Below are positions 34,361-46,629 of a DNA stretch of 64,000 nt, one piece after another. Every line of letters starts with the position of its first letter. The first letter of the stretch is position 1. The DNA comes from Squalus acanthias (taxonomy: Eukaryota). The stretch is from positions 120,096,001 through 120,160,000 of the forward strand of contig CM059431.1 of NCBI GenBank assembly GCA_030390025.1, written 5' to 3'. Both the position numbers and the translations under genes were made by a program. The notes below the pieces were generated by a model. That model ran no database searches, was not told the origin of the DNA, and was given only the letters and a program-made list of their open reading frames with translations.

Positions 34361-37300
34361 GTTAAAGGAGCCCTAGTAAAATTGAAGTCAATGGGACTCA
34401 GAGGCAAACCTCTCCACGGGCTGGAGTCATACCTAGTCCGAAGGTTGTGGTTGTTGGAGGCCAATCATCTCAGCACCAGGACTATCTTATATTGATGGCT
34501 TCCTCACAAGTGGAAACACTCTGGCCTAGAAATTCAAGATCGCTAAAAACCTGCCGGTGCCACTGCGGGCTGATGTTAACGACCGCCAAAATTGATGGCG
34601 CTGTTAGGACCGGTAAATTAACATTAGCCCAGCGCTAAACTTACCGTGCAAGGCAATTTTTGTGTCATTAGTCCCGGCAGGAGGCCAAATGTAGCATGGC
34701 CATAGCATCTTTGCAGCAAGAACAGCCTTCTCTTAAAGCAAGGCTGTAATTTTAGAGAGCAGAGCAAACCCTTAAAGGGGAACTGCCTCCTAAAATGAAA
34801 AAATATCATTTAAAAATAGGCAGTTTTTTGCCCTTACAGCTCAATTGCCTTCTGAAAAAAATCAACATTAAATAGAATTCCCAAATGGCATTCTTCAGCT
34901 CTTGAAGCTGAATTGCCTTCCACACCTAAAAAACATGGAACAAGTGCATCAGCACTAACACAAATGACTCAACAAGCCAGGGAAGGGCATCCAGGGTCTT
35001 GCAAGCAGCACTCCAGCTTTGTGCAGGGGGTCAACACTGCAAGAGAGGTCCTCTGCCCACAGTGGCCAGGAAGCCCTTCTGAAAGAAGGATGTTAGACAA
35101 GATCACCGAGGCTGTCACGGCCAGCAGTGTCACCCCCACGACCTGGCTCCAGTGCCCAAAGAAGTTTCATGACCTCAGACCTGGTCAGTGAATGCATCTT
35201 CAAAAACCGTCTCCTACAACTGCACCACTCGCCTCACACACTTCTCAATGCACAACTGCACCAATCCCTACCCCCCACCACCTCGCCAATCATTCACCTA
35301 CCAACAATCTGTAGCAAACACGAGGCACACTGCCCAGTCCTAGCATCACCTCATCCTCTTGGAGGTGCTGGCCATTCTTGGCAGGGGCATGGCTGAGCCC
35401 TTGGCCAGCGGCGGGGCTGAAAGTATACAAGGTGCTGGTATCCTCATACGTTATCTCCTTCTCGCATGCAGCTCTTGGTTTCCCGCCCTCCCCTCACCAC
35501 AACTCCACCCTTGTGCCTTCCTTATTTCACACACTCAAGAAATGCAGCCTGCCCAGCCAGGAGGTGACCAAGAAGAGGGAAAGGAGAGTGAAGAAGAAAC
35601 ACCGTCACTCGATTTGACACTCACAGACACCAGCTCCTCGAGGTCGACCGGCAAGGCCATCGGCAGTGTCCCCCACTGAAAGTCAGCAGCCTTCCACCAG
35701 GCATGCTGCAGCCACTGGGGTAGCACTGTGTGGCATCAGTAGGATAGGCAAAGGCACACACAAGACAGTCACTAAGAGAATGCATGAGGGTGATTAATCG
35801 AATTTCTTGATGTCATATTGGATCGATAGATGTATAAAGTTGGATTGGAAAGTTTGCTTTGTGGTGGCTTTTATTTCAGCGGTCTGCACAGAGCGGGATT
35901 AAAACGAAGTATACTTAAACAGGGTGTTTTATTTAGGAATTTGGAAAGAGTGGGAATTCGGAGAAGAGGGGGAAGGATTTGTTGCTTTTTGCCGACACTA
36001 CTTGTAGTGCTTTGCGTTACAGGTAGATATTTAATTTCAGTATCCATAACTTAATCTAGATCAAGTAAGTAGTCACAAAATTATACTGTAAACTAAGTTA
36101 CCTAATTACAAATTTAATTAAATTTAATTAAATAAAACAAGGTCATATTGGGATGGCAGTGCAGATGGTGTGCCGCAACTGCAACATGTGGGAAGTTGTG
36201 GAGAGCATTGTGATCCTGACAACCACGTTTGCAGTGAGTGCCTGCATCTTGAGGACCTTCAGCTCAGAGTTTTTGAGCTGGAGTCTGAGGTGCAGACATT
36301 GCGGGGCATCAGGGATGGGGAGAGTTACCTGGACACTTTGATCCAGGAGGCAGTCACGCCTCTTAGGTTAGGTAGTGGTACAGGTCTGCTTAGTGGTCAA
36401 GGACAGGAGGGTGTGACTGCAACTCAGGCAGGTAAGGGGACCCCAGTGCTGGAGAAGCCTCAGCCTTTGCCCTTGTCCAACATAGAAACATAGAAAATAG
36501 GAGCAGGAGTAGGCCATTCGGCCCTTCGAGCCTGCTCCAGCATTCAATATGATCATGGCTGATCCTCTATCTCAATCCCATATTCCTGCTCTCTCCCCAT
36601 ACCCCTTGATGCCTTTTGCGTCTAGATATTTAATTTCAGTACCCATAACTTAATCTGGATCAAGTAAGTTAGTCACGGAACTACACTGTAAACTAAGTTA
36701 CCTACTCAGGTATGAGGTTTTTGCTGCCTGTGTGGATGAGGGAAGAGTCTGCAAGATGGATGAGCAAGCTGACCATGGCACCATGGTGCAGGAGGCCATT
36801 CAAGTGGGGGGAGTGAAAGGGAGTGTAGTTGTGGTAGGGGACAGTATATTCAGGGGGATAGATACTGTTTTCTGCAGCCACAACCGAGAGTTCCAAAGGT
36901 TCTGTTGCCTGCCCTGTGCCAGGGTTAAAGACATCTCCTCGTGGCTGGAGCAGAACTTGGAGTGGGAGGAGGAGAATCCAGTTGTCATGGTCCACGTAGG
37001 AACCAACAACAAAGGTAGAACTAGGAATGAAGTTCTGCTGAGGGAGTTTGACGAGCTAGGATCCAAATTAAAAAGCAGAACCTCAAAGGTAATAATCTCT
37101 GGATTGTTACCTGAGCCACACGCAAATTGGCATAGGGAAAAAAGATGGTTTAAATGCGTGGCTCAAAGAGTGGTGTGGGAGGAAGGGGTTTCGGTTCATG
37201 AGGCACTGGCACCAGTACTGGGGAAAGAGGGAGCTGTTCCATTGGGACGGGCTCCACTTAAACCTGGCTGGGATCAGTGTCCTGGTGAGCCGAATAACTA

Positions 37301-39578
37301 GGGCAGTAGACAGGGCTTTAAACTAATGAAGGGGCGGTGGGAGGATTCAGGAAAGAGTAAATGTAAAAGCAGTGAAAGAAATGTCAAGGCTCTAGAGCAG
37401 AGTAGAGTTTTGGGTAAAAATAAGCAGAGTGGGTCAGGAAGGGACAGAGAGAGTAACAAAGGTAATAAGGCATCAGTGACTAAGGTGACATCAGGGAAAA
37501 ATAGAAATAAGTCACTATATCTGAATGAGTGAAGCATTCACAACAAAATAGATGAACTAATAGCGCAGATAGAAATTAATAGGTTTGATCTAATAGCCAT
37601 TATGGAGACGTGGTTGCAATGTGGCCAAGGTTGGGAACTAAATAATCCAGGATACTTAACTTTTAGAAGAGAAAGGTAAATTGGAAAAGGAGGAGGTGCA
37701 GCCCTGATAATAAAGGATGGGATAAAGACAGTAGAGAGAAAGGACCTTAGCTCTGAAAAATCAAGAAGTAGAATCAGTTTGGGTGGAGCTAAGAAAGAGC
37801 AAGGGCAGAAAACATTGGTGGGAGTTGTTTATAGTCCCCCAGACAGTAGTTTTAGTGTAGGGCAGAGTATAAATCAGGAAATTAGAGGTGCATGTAACAA
37901 GGGTAATGCAGTAATTATGGGGGACTTTAATCTACATATAGATTGGGCAAACCAAATTTGCAGTAATAGTATGGAGGACGAATTCATGGAATATATGGAA
38001 GATAGTTTTCTAGATCAGTATGTTGAGGAACCAACTAGGGAACAGGTTATTTTAGATCTAGTATTGTGCAATGAGAAAGGGTTAATTAATAACTTTGTTG
38101 TAAAGGAGCCTTTAGGGAAGAGTGACCATAATATGATAGAATTTTATATTGAGTTTGAAAGTGATTTAGTTAAATCTGAAACTAGGGTCTTAAATCTAAA
38201 CAAAGCAAACTATGTAGGTATGATGGGCGAGTTAGCTAAGGTAGACTGGGAAACTACATTAAAAGGTATGATGGTAGAGAAGCAATGGCTAGCATTTACA
38301 GAATTAATACATAATTTACAACAAATATACATTCCTTTAAGGCACAAAAACCCCACAGGAAAAGTGGTCCAACCGTGGCTAACAAGAGAAGTTAAGATAG
38401 TATTAAATCAAAGGAAGAGGCTTATAATGTCGCAAAAAGAGTAGTAAGCCTAAGGATTGGGAGGATTTTAGAATTCAGCAAAGGAGGACCAAGAAATTGA
38501 TAAAGAAAGGGAGAATAGAATATGAGGGTAAACTAGCAAGAGACATAAAAACAGATTGTAAGATCTTATATAGATATGTAAAAAGGAAAAGATTAGTGAA
38601 AGTAAATGTGGGTCCCTTACAGGCTGAGACAGGAGAAATTATAATGGGGAATAAAGAAATGGCAGGGAAATTAAATAAATACTTTGGACTGGATTTTACC
38701 AGCCCTGAGGAGGCGGGTTTGAAGGCGGGTCAGGTGGGAAAGTTTGAAAAAATTACGGTGGGTTCCGATACCGCCGTCCAGCCGCCACTGCGCAACCTTG
38801 CCAGAGGCGGGCTTACGGAGCCCATTTCGGTCGCGCCTCCAAGTGGCGGGATAGGCCCTTAAGGTACTTAACTACTACTTAAGGACCTCTATAATGCCAT
38901 TTTGAGAGGCCTTTCAAATTTTCCCACATTTCCAGCGTGCTGCACGTCTCTCCTGAAACACGCCAGCTAATCCTGTCAGGTTCACAAGTGGCTGGCTTCC
39001 AAACAGCTGCAGCTCCACCATAAAAACGGAGTTTTCAACAAGGATCAATTGCAGGTGGGAGAACTTTGTTTTTTCAGGTCTTGGAGAACTTTTTGCAGGT
39101 CCACTGATTTTGGAAGTGGTGAAGCTGAGATCCATCTCCACTGTGACCTCCTGGGAAAACCCTCTCCCCACCTTAACTGAGCACTGCCTCAACTGAGGTA
39201 TCTACCAGCATCATGGGAACCATTTATTTCCTTTCATCCTGGAGCTCAGATTCGGATGAAGAGCAGCCACAGCAGCACAGCACCAGGAACAACAGCAGCA
39301 ACAGCAGCAACAACATCAGGAGCACCAACCTGCTGCTCACCCACCTGATGGTGCACAGGGCAGAAGGCACCAACGCAGGGAAGCACGTCGCCACAGGCGA
39401 TACCCCCAAAACAGGGTTTACAGGCTGAGGATGAGCTTCCTCAACATGAGTGAGCAGCAGTGCCAAAGGAGGCTGAGGCTTTCACGAAAGGTAGTGTGTG
39501 ACATCTGCGCAATGCTGCAGCAAGACCTGGAGCCCAGAGGATCGGGTGGACACCCCTTACCAGTGGCTGTCAAAGTCA

Positions 39579-39875
39579 GCAGCGAGCAGCTAGGAGGCAT
39601 AAATACAGCGGGAGGCCGAGGACAGCGTGGACCTGCGAGGAGTCGGCAGCAGCGAGGAGGAGGCATAAATACAGCGGGAGGCCAAGGACAGCGTGGACCT
39701 GCGAGGAGTTGGCAGCAGCAGCGAGCAGGAGGCATAAATACAGCGCGAGGCCGAGGACAGCGTGGACCTGCGAGGAGTCGGCAGCAGCAGCGAGGAGGAG
39801 TCATAAATACAGCGGGAGGCCAAGGACAGCGCGGACTTGTGAGGAGTCGGCAGCAGCAGCGAGGAGGCAGATACA
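39579..39875 (+). repeat. 66-69-bp tandem repeats in CR1 5'UTR (~4.5 copies)
   Basis: (G/T)CATAAATACAGCG recurs at ~39596, 39662, 39731, 39800. Confidence 0.9.
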
Positions 39876-39983
39876 AATCCGGCGAATTCCAAAAGAACAG
39901 CAAAATCAAAGAGTGACATCACAGGACTGCAGGAAAGAGTCCGAGAGCGGGAGCAGTCAAACAACAACTGCAAAACCGCTAAA

Positions 39984-41443
39984 GTGACGCCACTATTCAA
40001 AAAGGGGGTTAGGGAAAAAGCAGGTAATTACAGACCTGTAAGCCTTACATCAGTTGTGGGCAAAATGCTGGAGTCCATCATTAAGGATGAAATAGCGGAG
40101 CACTTAGCAAATGGGGAGAGGATAGGACAGAGTCAACATGGATTTATAAAGGGTAAATCGTGCTTGACTAATCTATTGGAATTTTTTGAGGGAGTAACTG
40201 GTAAAATAGATGGGGGAGAGCCAGTAGATGTGGTGTACCTGGACTTCCAAAAGGCCTTCGATAAGGTCCCACATAAAAGATTAGCAGGGAAAATTGAAGC
40301 TCATGGGATAAAGGGGAAAGTATTGACGTGGATAGAGAACTGGCTGTCAGATAGAAAACAGAGAGTTGGAATAAACGGCTCATTTTCTGAATGGCAGGCA
40401 GTAACAAGTGGGGTACCACAGGGATCTGTCCTGGGTCCCCAGCTGTTCACAATTTACATTAATGACCTGGATCAGGGAGTCGGATGCAGCATTTCCAAAT
40501 TTGCAGACGACACTAAACTAGGAGGGGGGGTGGGCTCAGAGGAGGAGACCAGGAAGCTCCAGAGCGATTTGGACAGACTGGGTGATTGGGCGGATAAATG
40601 GCAGATGCACTATAATGTGGACAAGTGCGAAGTTATCCACCTTGGGTGCAGGAACGGGAGGGCAAATTATTATTTAAATGGCAATAAATTGGGAGAGGGG
40701 GAAGTACAGAGAGACCTGGGTGTTCTTGTACACCAGTCACTGAAGGCGAGCATGCAGGTGCAACAGGCAATCAAGAAGGCAAACGGTATGCTGGCCTTCA
40801 TAGCAAAAGGGTTGGAATACAGGAACAGGGATACCTTGCTGCAGCTGTACAGGGCACTGGTGAGACCACACCTCGAGTACTGTGTACAGTTTTGGTCGCC
40901 TCATCTGAGGAAAGATGTTCTTGCCATGGAGGGAGTGCAGCGGCGATTCACCAGGCTGATACCAGGAATGGCGGGATTGACCTATGAGGAGAGACTATGT
41001 AGTTTAGGGATGTACACACTGGAGTTTAGAAGATTGAGAGGGGACCTCATAGAAGTGTATAAAATTCTGACAGGTCTTGACAGACTAGATGCAGAAGGAA
41101 TGTTTCCCTTGGCGGGTGAGAACAGAACTAGAGGACATAATTTAAGGATAAGGGCTAAACCATTTAGGACAGAAATGAGGGGGAATTTCTTCACTCAGAG
41201 GGTGGTGAACCTGTGGAACTCATTGCCACAGAGGGCAGTGTACGCCAGCTCATTAAATATATTTAAGAGGGAATTAGATATATTTCTACAGGCAAAAGGG
41301 GTTAAGGGTTACGGAGAGAAGGCGGGGACGGGATACTGAATTGGAGGATCAGCCATGATCTCATTAAATGGCGGAGCAGGCTCGAAGGGCCGGATGGCCT
41401 ACTCCTGCTCCTATCTTCTATGTATCTATGTATCTATGTATGT
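39984..41443 (+). mobile_element. 5'-truncated CR1 with an uninterrupted 451-aa RT frame, inserted in the 5'UTR of another CR1
   Basis: NYRPVSLTS, YLDFQKAFDKV, GVPQGSVLGP, FADDTK; stop at 41339; (TATGTATC)n tail. Confidence 0.95.
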
Positions 41444-41622
41444 AGCCAGGGAAGTAGCTGATTGGTAAGTAGGACCTGGTGAGTATTTCTACAGTCCAGT
41501 CGTTAAAGTAAAAGTAAGGTCTCTAATTTAGAGTAAGTAGTGTTTAAAGGGAAGTAAGGTCCCCAGTGCATTTAATATTCTTTAAATTAAAGGAAGTAAA
41601 GGGAGTAAATTAAGGGTAGGAC

Positions 41623-42573
41623 ATGGCAAGACAGCTCGGCAGCGTGGAGTGCTCCTCCTGTGCTCTGTGGGAGGTCAGGGACACTTTCGGTGTCCAGGGC
41701 GAACACATGTGCAGGAAGTGTCTCCAGCTGCAGCTACTCGAAATCCGCGTTTCGGAGCTGGAGCTGCGGCTGGAGTCACGGTGGAGCATCTGCGAAGCTG
41801 AGATCTTCGTGGATAGCATGTTTAATGAGGTGGTCACACTGCAGGTAAAGAGTGCACAGGCAGACAGGGAATGGGTGACCACAAGACAGAGTAAAAGAAC
41901 TAGGAAGGTAGTGCAGAAGTCCCCTGGGTCCCTCTCCCTCTCCAACAGATTTTCCATTTTGGATACTGCTGAAGTAGATGGTTTCTCAGGGGACTGCAGC
42001 AAGAGCCAAGTCCGTGGCACTACGAGTGGCTCAGCTGCACAGGAGGGGAGGAAAAAGAGTGGGAGAGCAATAGTGATAGGGGATTCTATCGTAAGGGGAA
42101 CAGATAGACGTTTCTGTGGCTGCAGACATGACTCCAGGATGGTATGTTGCCTCCGTGGTGCCAGGGTCAAGGATGTCACTGAACGGCTGCAGGGCATTCT
42201 GAAGGGGGAGGGCAAACAGTCAGAGGTCGTGGTTCACATTAGTACCAACGACATAGGTAGAAAGCGGGATGAGGTCCTGCAACAAGAATTCAGGGAGCTA
42301 GGTAGCAGATTAAAAAGCAGGACGTCAAAGGTTGTAATCTCTGGATTACTCCCGGTGCCACATGCCAGTGAATATAGGAGGAGGAGGATAGAGCAGATGA
42401 ATGTGTGGCTAAAGAGTTGGTGCAGGAGGGAGGGCTTTCGTTTCCTGGATCACTGGGTCTGCTTCTGGGGAAAGTGGGACCTGTACAAGTCGGACGGGTT
42501 GCACCTGAACCGGAACGGGAATAACATCCTTGCAGGGAGGTTTGCTAGTACTGTTGGGGGGAGTTTAAACTAA
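41623..42573 (+). CDS. CR1 ORF1p (zinc finger/coiled coil plus SGNH esterase), intact frame
   Basis: CSSC..CRKC, SNRFSIL, IGDSIVRG, TND, DGLHLN. Confidence 0.9.
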   Translation: MARQLGSVECSSCALWEVRDTFGVQGEHMCRKCLQLQLLEIRVSELELRLESRWSICEAEIFVDSMFNEVVTLQVKSAQADREWVTTRQSKRTRKVVQKSPGSLSLSNRFSILDTAEVDGFSGDCSKSQVRGTTSGSAAQEGRKKSGRAIVIGDSIVRGTDRRFCGCRHDSRMVCCLRGARVKDVTERLQGILKGEGKQSEVVVHISTNDIGRKRDEVLQQEFRELGSRLKSRTSKVVISGLLPVPHASEYRRRRIEQMNVWLKSWCRREGFRFLDHWVCFWGKWDLYKSDGLHLNRNGNNILAGRFASTVGGSLN

Positions 42574-45500
42574 CTTGGCAAGGGGATGGGATACAGAGTG
42601 GAGCTATAGTAGAGGGTGATTCACAGCCAAATATAAAGGAAAAAACAAGTCAGCCTGGAAGGCAGAGCAAATATGTAATGGCACAAGGGAGTATGGCAAG
42701 GCTGGATGGCATTTATTTTAATGCAAGGAGTCTTACGAGTAAGGCAGATGAATTGAAGGTGTTGATGAACACATGGGATAATGATATTGTTGCTATCACA
42801 GAGACATGGTTGAGGGAGGGGCAGGACTGGCAGCTCAATATTCCGGGGTATAGAATCTTCAGGCAAGACAGAGGGGGGAGTGAAAGAGGAGGGGGTGTCG
42901 CAATATTAATCAAGGAGTCAATTACTGCTGTAAGGAGGGATGATATCTTAGCAGGTTCTTCTAATGAAGCCATATGGGTAGAATTTAAAAACAAAAAGGG
43001 GGCAAGCACTTTGCTGGAAGTGTACTATAGGCCCCCAAACAGTCAGGGGGAGATAGAGGAATAGATATGCAGGCAAATCTCAGAGAAGTGTAGAAATAAT
43101 AGGGTAATAATAGTAGGGGATTTCAACTTCCCCAATATTAACTGGGATAGTCAGAGTGTGAAAGGCTTAGAGGGTGCAGAATTCTTAAAGTGCATCCAGG
43201 AGAGCTTTTTGAGCCAGCATGTAGAAAGTCCTACAAGAGAGGGGGCGGTACTGGACCTAATTCTAGGGAATGTAGCTGGGCAAGTGGTAGAAGTGTCAGT
43301 AGGAGAGCATTTTGGTGACAGTGACCATAATTCGGTGAGATTTAAGGTAGTCATGAAAAAGGACAAAGATGGACCGGAAATAAAGGTTCTAAATTGGGGG
43401 AAGGCCAATTTTAATATGATAAGTCAGGATCTGGCCAAAGTGGACTGGGATCAGCTACTTGTAGGAAAATCCACATCAGAGCAGTGGGAGTCATTCAGAA
43501 AGGAAATAGAGAGAGTACAACGCCAACATATTCCCGTAAAGGTCAAGGGTGGGACCAACAAACCCAGGGAACCCTGGATGTCAAGGGATATACAAGAATG
43601 GATTAGGGAAAAAAGGGAGGCTTTTGGCAGATACAAAGGACTAAAAACAGTGGAAGCCCTAGAGGAGTATAGAAAGTGCAGGGGGGTACTTAAAAAAGAA
43701 ATTTGGGGAGCGAAGAGGGGGCATGAAAAAACACTGGCGGGCAAAATAAAGGAAAATCCCAGGGTGTTTTATAAGTATATTAAGGGCAAGAGGATAACCA
43801 GGGAAAGAGTAGGGCCCATTAGGGACCAAAGTGGCAATCTGTGTGAAGAGCCGGAAGATGTGATTGAGGTTTTAAATGAATATTTTGCATCTGTGTTCAC
43901 TGTGGAGGACGATGTAGGCATAGAAATCAGGCAGGGGGATTGTGATATACTTGAACAAATTAGTATTGAGAGGGAGAAGGTACGAACATTTTTAGCGGGC
44001 TTAAAAGTGGATAAATCCCCAGGCCCAGATGAGATGTATCCCAGGCTGCTGTGTGAGGCAAGGGAGGAGATTACAGGGGCTCTGACACAAATTTTCAGAA
44101 CCTCTCCGGCCAGAGGTCTGGAGGACAGCCAACGTAGTACCATTATTCAAGAAGGGTAGTAGGGATAAACCAGGGAATTACAGGCCAGTGAGCCTAAATC
44201 AGTGGTATGGAAATTATTGGTAAAAATTCTGAGGGACAGAATTAGTCTCCACTTGGAGAGGCAAGGATTAATCAAGAATAATCAGCATGGCTTTGTCAGG
44301 GGGAGATCATGTCTAACCAATTTGATTGCATTTTTTGAGGGGGTGACTAGGTGTGTGAATGAGGGTAGTGCAGTTGATGTGGTCTACATGGACTTCAGTA
44401 AGGCTTTGGGAGACTAGTCAAGAAGGTAAGAGCCCATGGGATCCAGGGCAATTTGGCACATTGGATCCAAAATTGGCTTAGTGACAGGAGGCAGACGGTG
44501 ATGGTCGAAATTTGTTTTTGTGACTGGAAGCCTGTGTCCAGTGGTGTACTGCAGGGATCGGTGCTGGGTCCTTTGCTGTTTGTAGTACACATTAATGATT
44601 TATATATGAATGTAAGAGGTATGATCAATAAGTTCGCAGATGACACGAAAATTGGTGGAGTGGTAAATAGCGAGGAGGGACGCCTCAGGCTACAGGACAA
44701 TATAGACAGGTTGATCAGATGGGCAGAACAGTGGCAAATGGAATTTAACCCTGAAAAGTGTGAGGTGATGCATTTTGGGAGGACTAACAAGGCAAGTGAA
44801 TACACAATGAATGGTAGGACCCTAGGAAGTTCAAAGGATCTGAGGGACCTTGGTGTGCATGTACATAGATCCCTGAAGGCAGCAGGACAGGTAGATAAGG
44901 TGGTTAAAAAGGCATATGGGATACATGCCTTCATTAGCCGAGGCATAGAATATAAGAGCAGGGAGGTTATGATGGAGCTGTACAAAATGCTAGTTAGGCC
45001 ACAGCTGGAATATTGTGTGCAGTTCTGGTCGCCACACTATAGGAAGGATGTGATTGCATTGGAGAGGGTGCAAAGGAGATTCACCAGGATGTTGCCTGGG
45101 CTGGAGCGCTTCAGCTATGAAGAGAGACTGGACAGGCTGAGGTTGTTTTCCTTAGAGCTGAGGGGGGACCTGATTGAGGTGTACAAAATTATGAGGGGCA
45201 TAGATAGGGTAGATAGAAAGGAACTTTTCCCCTTAGTAGAGGGGTCAATAACCAGGGGGCATAGTTTCAAGGTAAGGGGCAGGAGGTTTAGAGGGGATTT
45301 GAGGAAAAACTTTTTCACCCAGAGGGTGGTTGGAATCTGGAACTCACTGCCTGAAAGAGTGGTAGAGGCAGGAACCCTCACAACATTCAAGAAGCATTTA
45401 GATGAGCACTTGAAACGCCATAGCATACAAGGCTATGGACCAAGTGCTGGAAAATGGGATTAGAATAGACAGGGCTTGATGGCCAGCGCGGACACGATGG

Positions 45501-46629
45501 GCCAAAGGGCCTCTTTCTGTGCTGTATAACTGACTCACCACAGCACTCAACTTTTTTGCTTCAGGCTCCTTCCAGGGATCATCAGCAGACATCAGCGGCA
45601 TCTCCCAGTCGTCCGCACACACTTGCATCACGCAGGTTACCGATGCCCTCTTTGCAAAGGCGCACAATTACATCCACTTCGCCACAGATCAAGCAAGTAT
45701 AACCGCATGTGCAGTTGGCTTTGCAAATATGGTAGGCTTGCCAAGGGTGCAGGGCATCGTAGACTGCACACATGTGGCCCTTAAGGCACCCCATCACAAA
45801 CCAGCTCTTTTTGTCAACCGCAAGGGCTTCCACTCCCTCAATGTGCAGCTGGTGTGTAACGACAAGAAGGACGTTTTGCATGCTTGCGCCAAGTACCCTG
45901 GCAGTTGCCATGACTCGTTCATCCTGCGGCAGTCTAGTGTGCTTCCGCTCTTCAATCCGCCAAACCAACTTTTGGGATGGCTACTTGATTACAAGGGCTA
46001 TCCCCTGAAGACATGGCTAATGACACCGTTCAGGAGGCCATCGACCGAAGCTGAGGAGCCATCGAGCAAGCCATCGGCTTGCTGAAGATGTGATTCAGAT
46101 GCCTTGACAGATCAGGAGGAACCCTGCAGTACTCAGCAGCCAGGGTCTCCAGAATCATCGTGGTCTGCTGTGCACTGCACAACATTGCACAGCATCATGG
46201 CTTGCAGCTGCCTGAGGAACAAGTGGCTCAGTGCATAGCATCCTCAGATGAGGAGGAGGATGAGGAGGAGGAGGAGGAGGAGAATGAAGACCTTGCAGAT
46301 GCGCATCAACCAGCTGCAGCAGCACTCGAGCACATTGCTGCCCAGGATGCAAGGGATACATTCATCTTGGCCAGATTTGCTTAGGCTGCCCAATCAAACA
46401 CATGTGCCTGGCACCTTCTTGCCACACCATAGACAATGGACAAGAACCTATGGCTTCTTATCACACTGACCACCATCATGACAAATTCAATTCGCCCTGA
46501 GCCCTCAATGTGGAACTTCCATTTCCGAAATGACAGAGGCCAGATCTTCAACAGTTTGCCATCACTTCATTTTAATACATTGACTAAAGGATGGCATTTG
46601 ACAATTAAACACAACAGAACACCCAAGTG

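Larger units (their letters stand above)
39579..45534 (+). mobile_element. Near full-length CR1 LINE
   Basis: Tandem-repeat 5'UTR, ORF1, ORF2 (APE-RT) with stops/frameshifts at 42700-45463, 3'UTR; TCA at both junctions. Confidence 0.93.
39213..46384 (+). pseudogene. Harbinger transposase split by CR1 (39213-39578 and 45538-46384)
   Basis: [23 protein letters not shown] rejoins across the insertion; [26 protein letters not shown]. Confidence 0.9.

Noticed and set aside
39579..39875. CRISPR-like array or repeat-protein ORF (39431-39916)
   Set aside because: There are no unique spacers and the context is eukaryotic; the ORF is transposase N-terminus running into CR1 5'UTR units whose lengths are multiples of 3.
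41623..42573. Host GDSL/SGNH lipase gene
   Set aside because: Its position before APE-RT and its N-terminal zinc finger identify it as CR1 ORF1.
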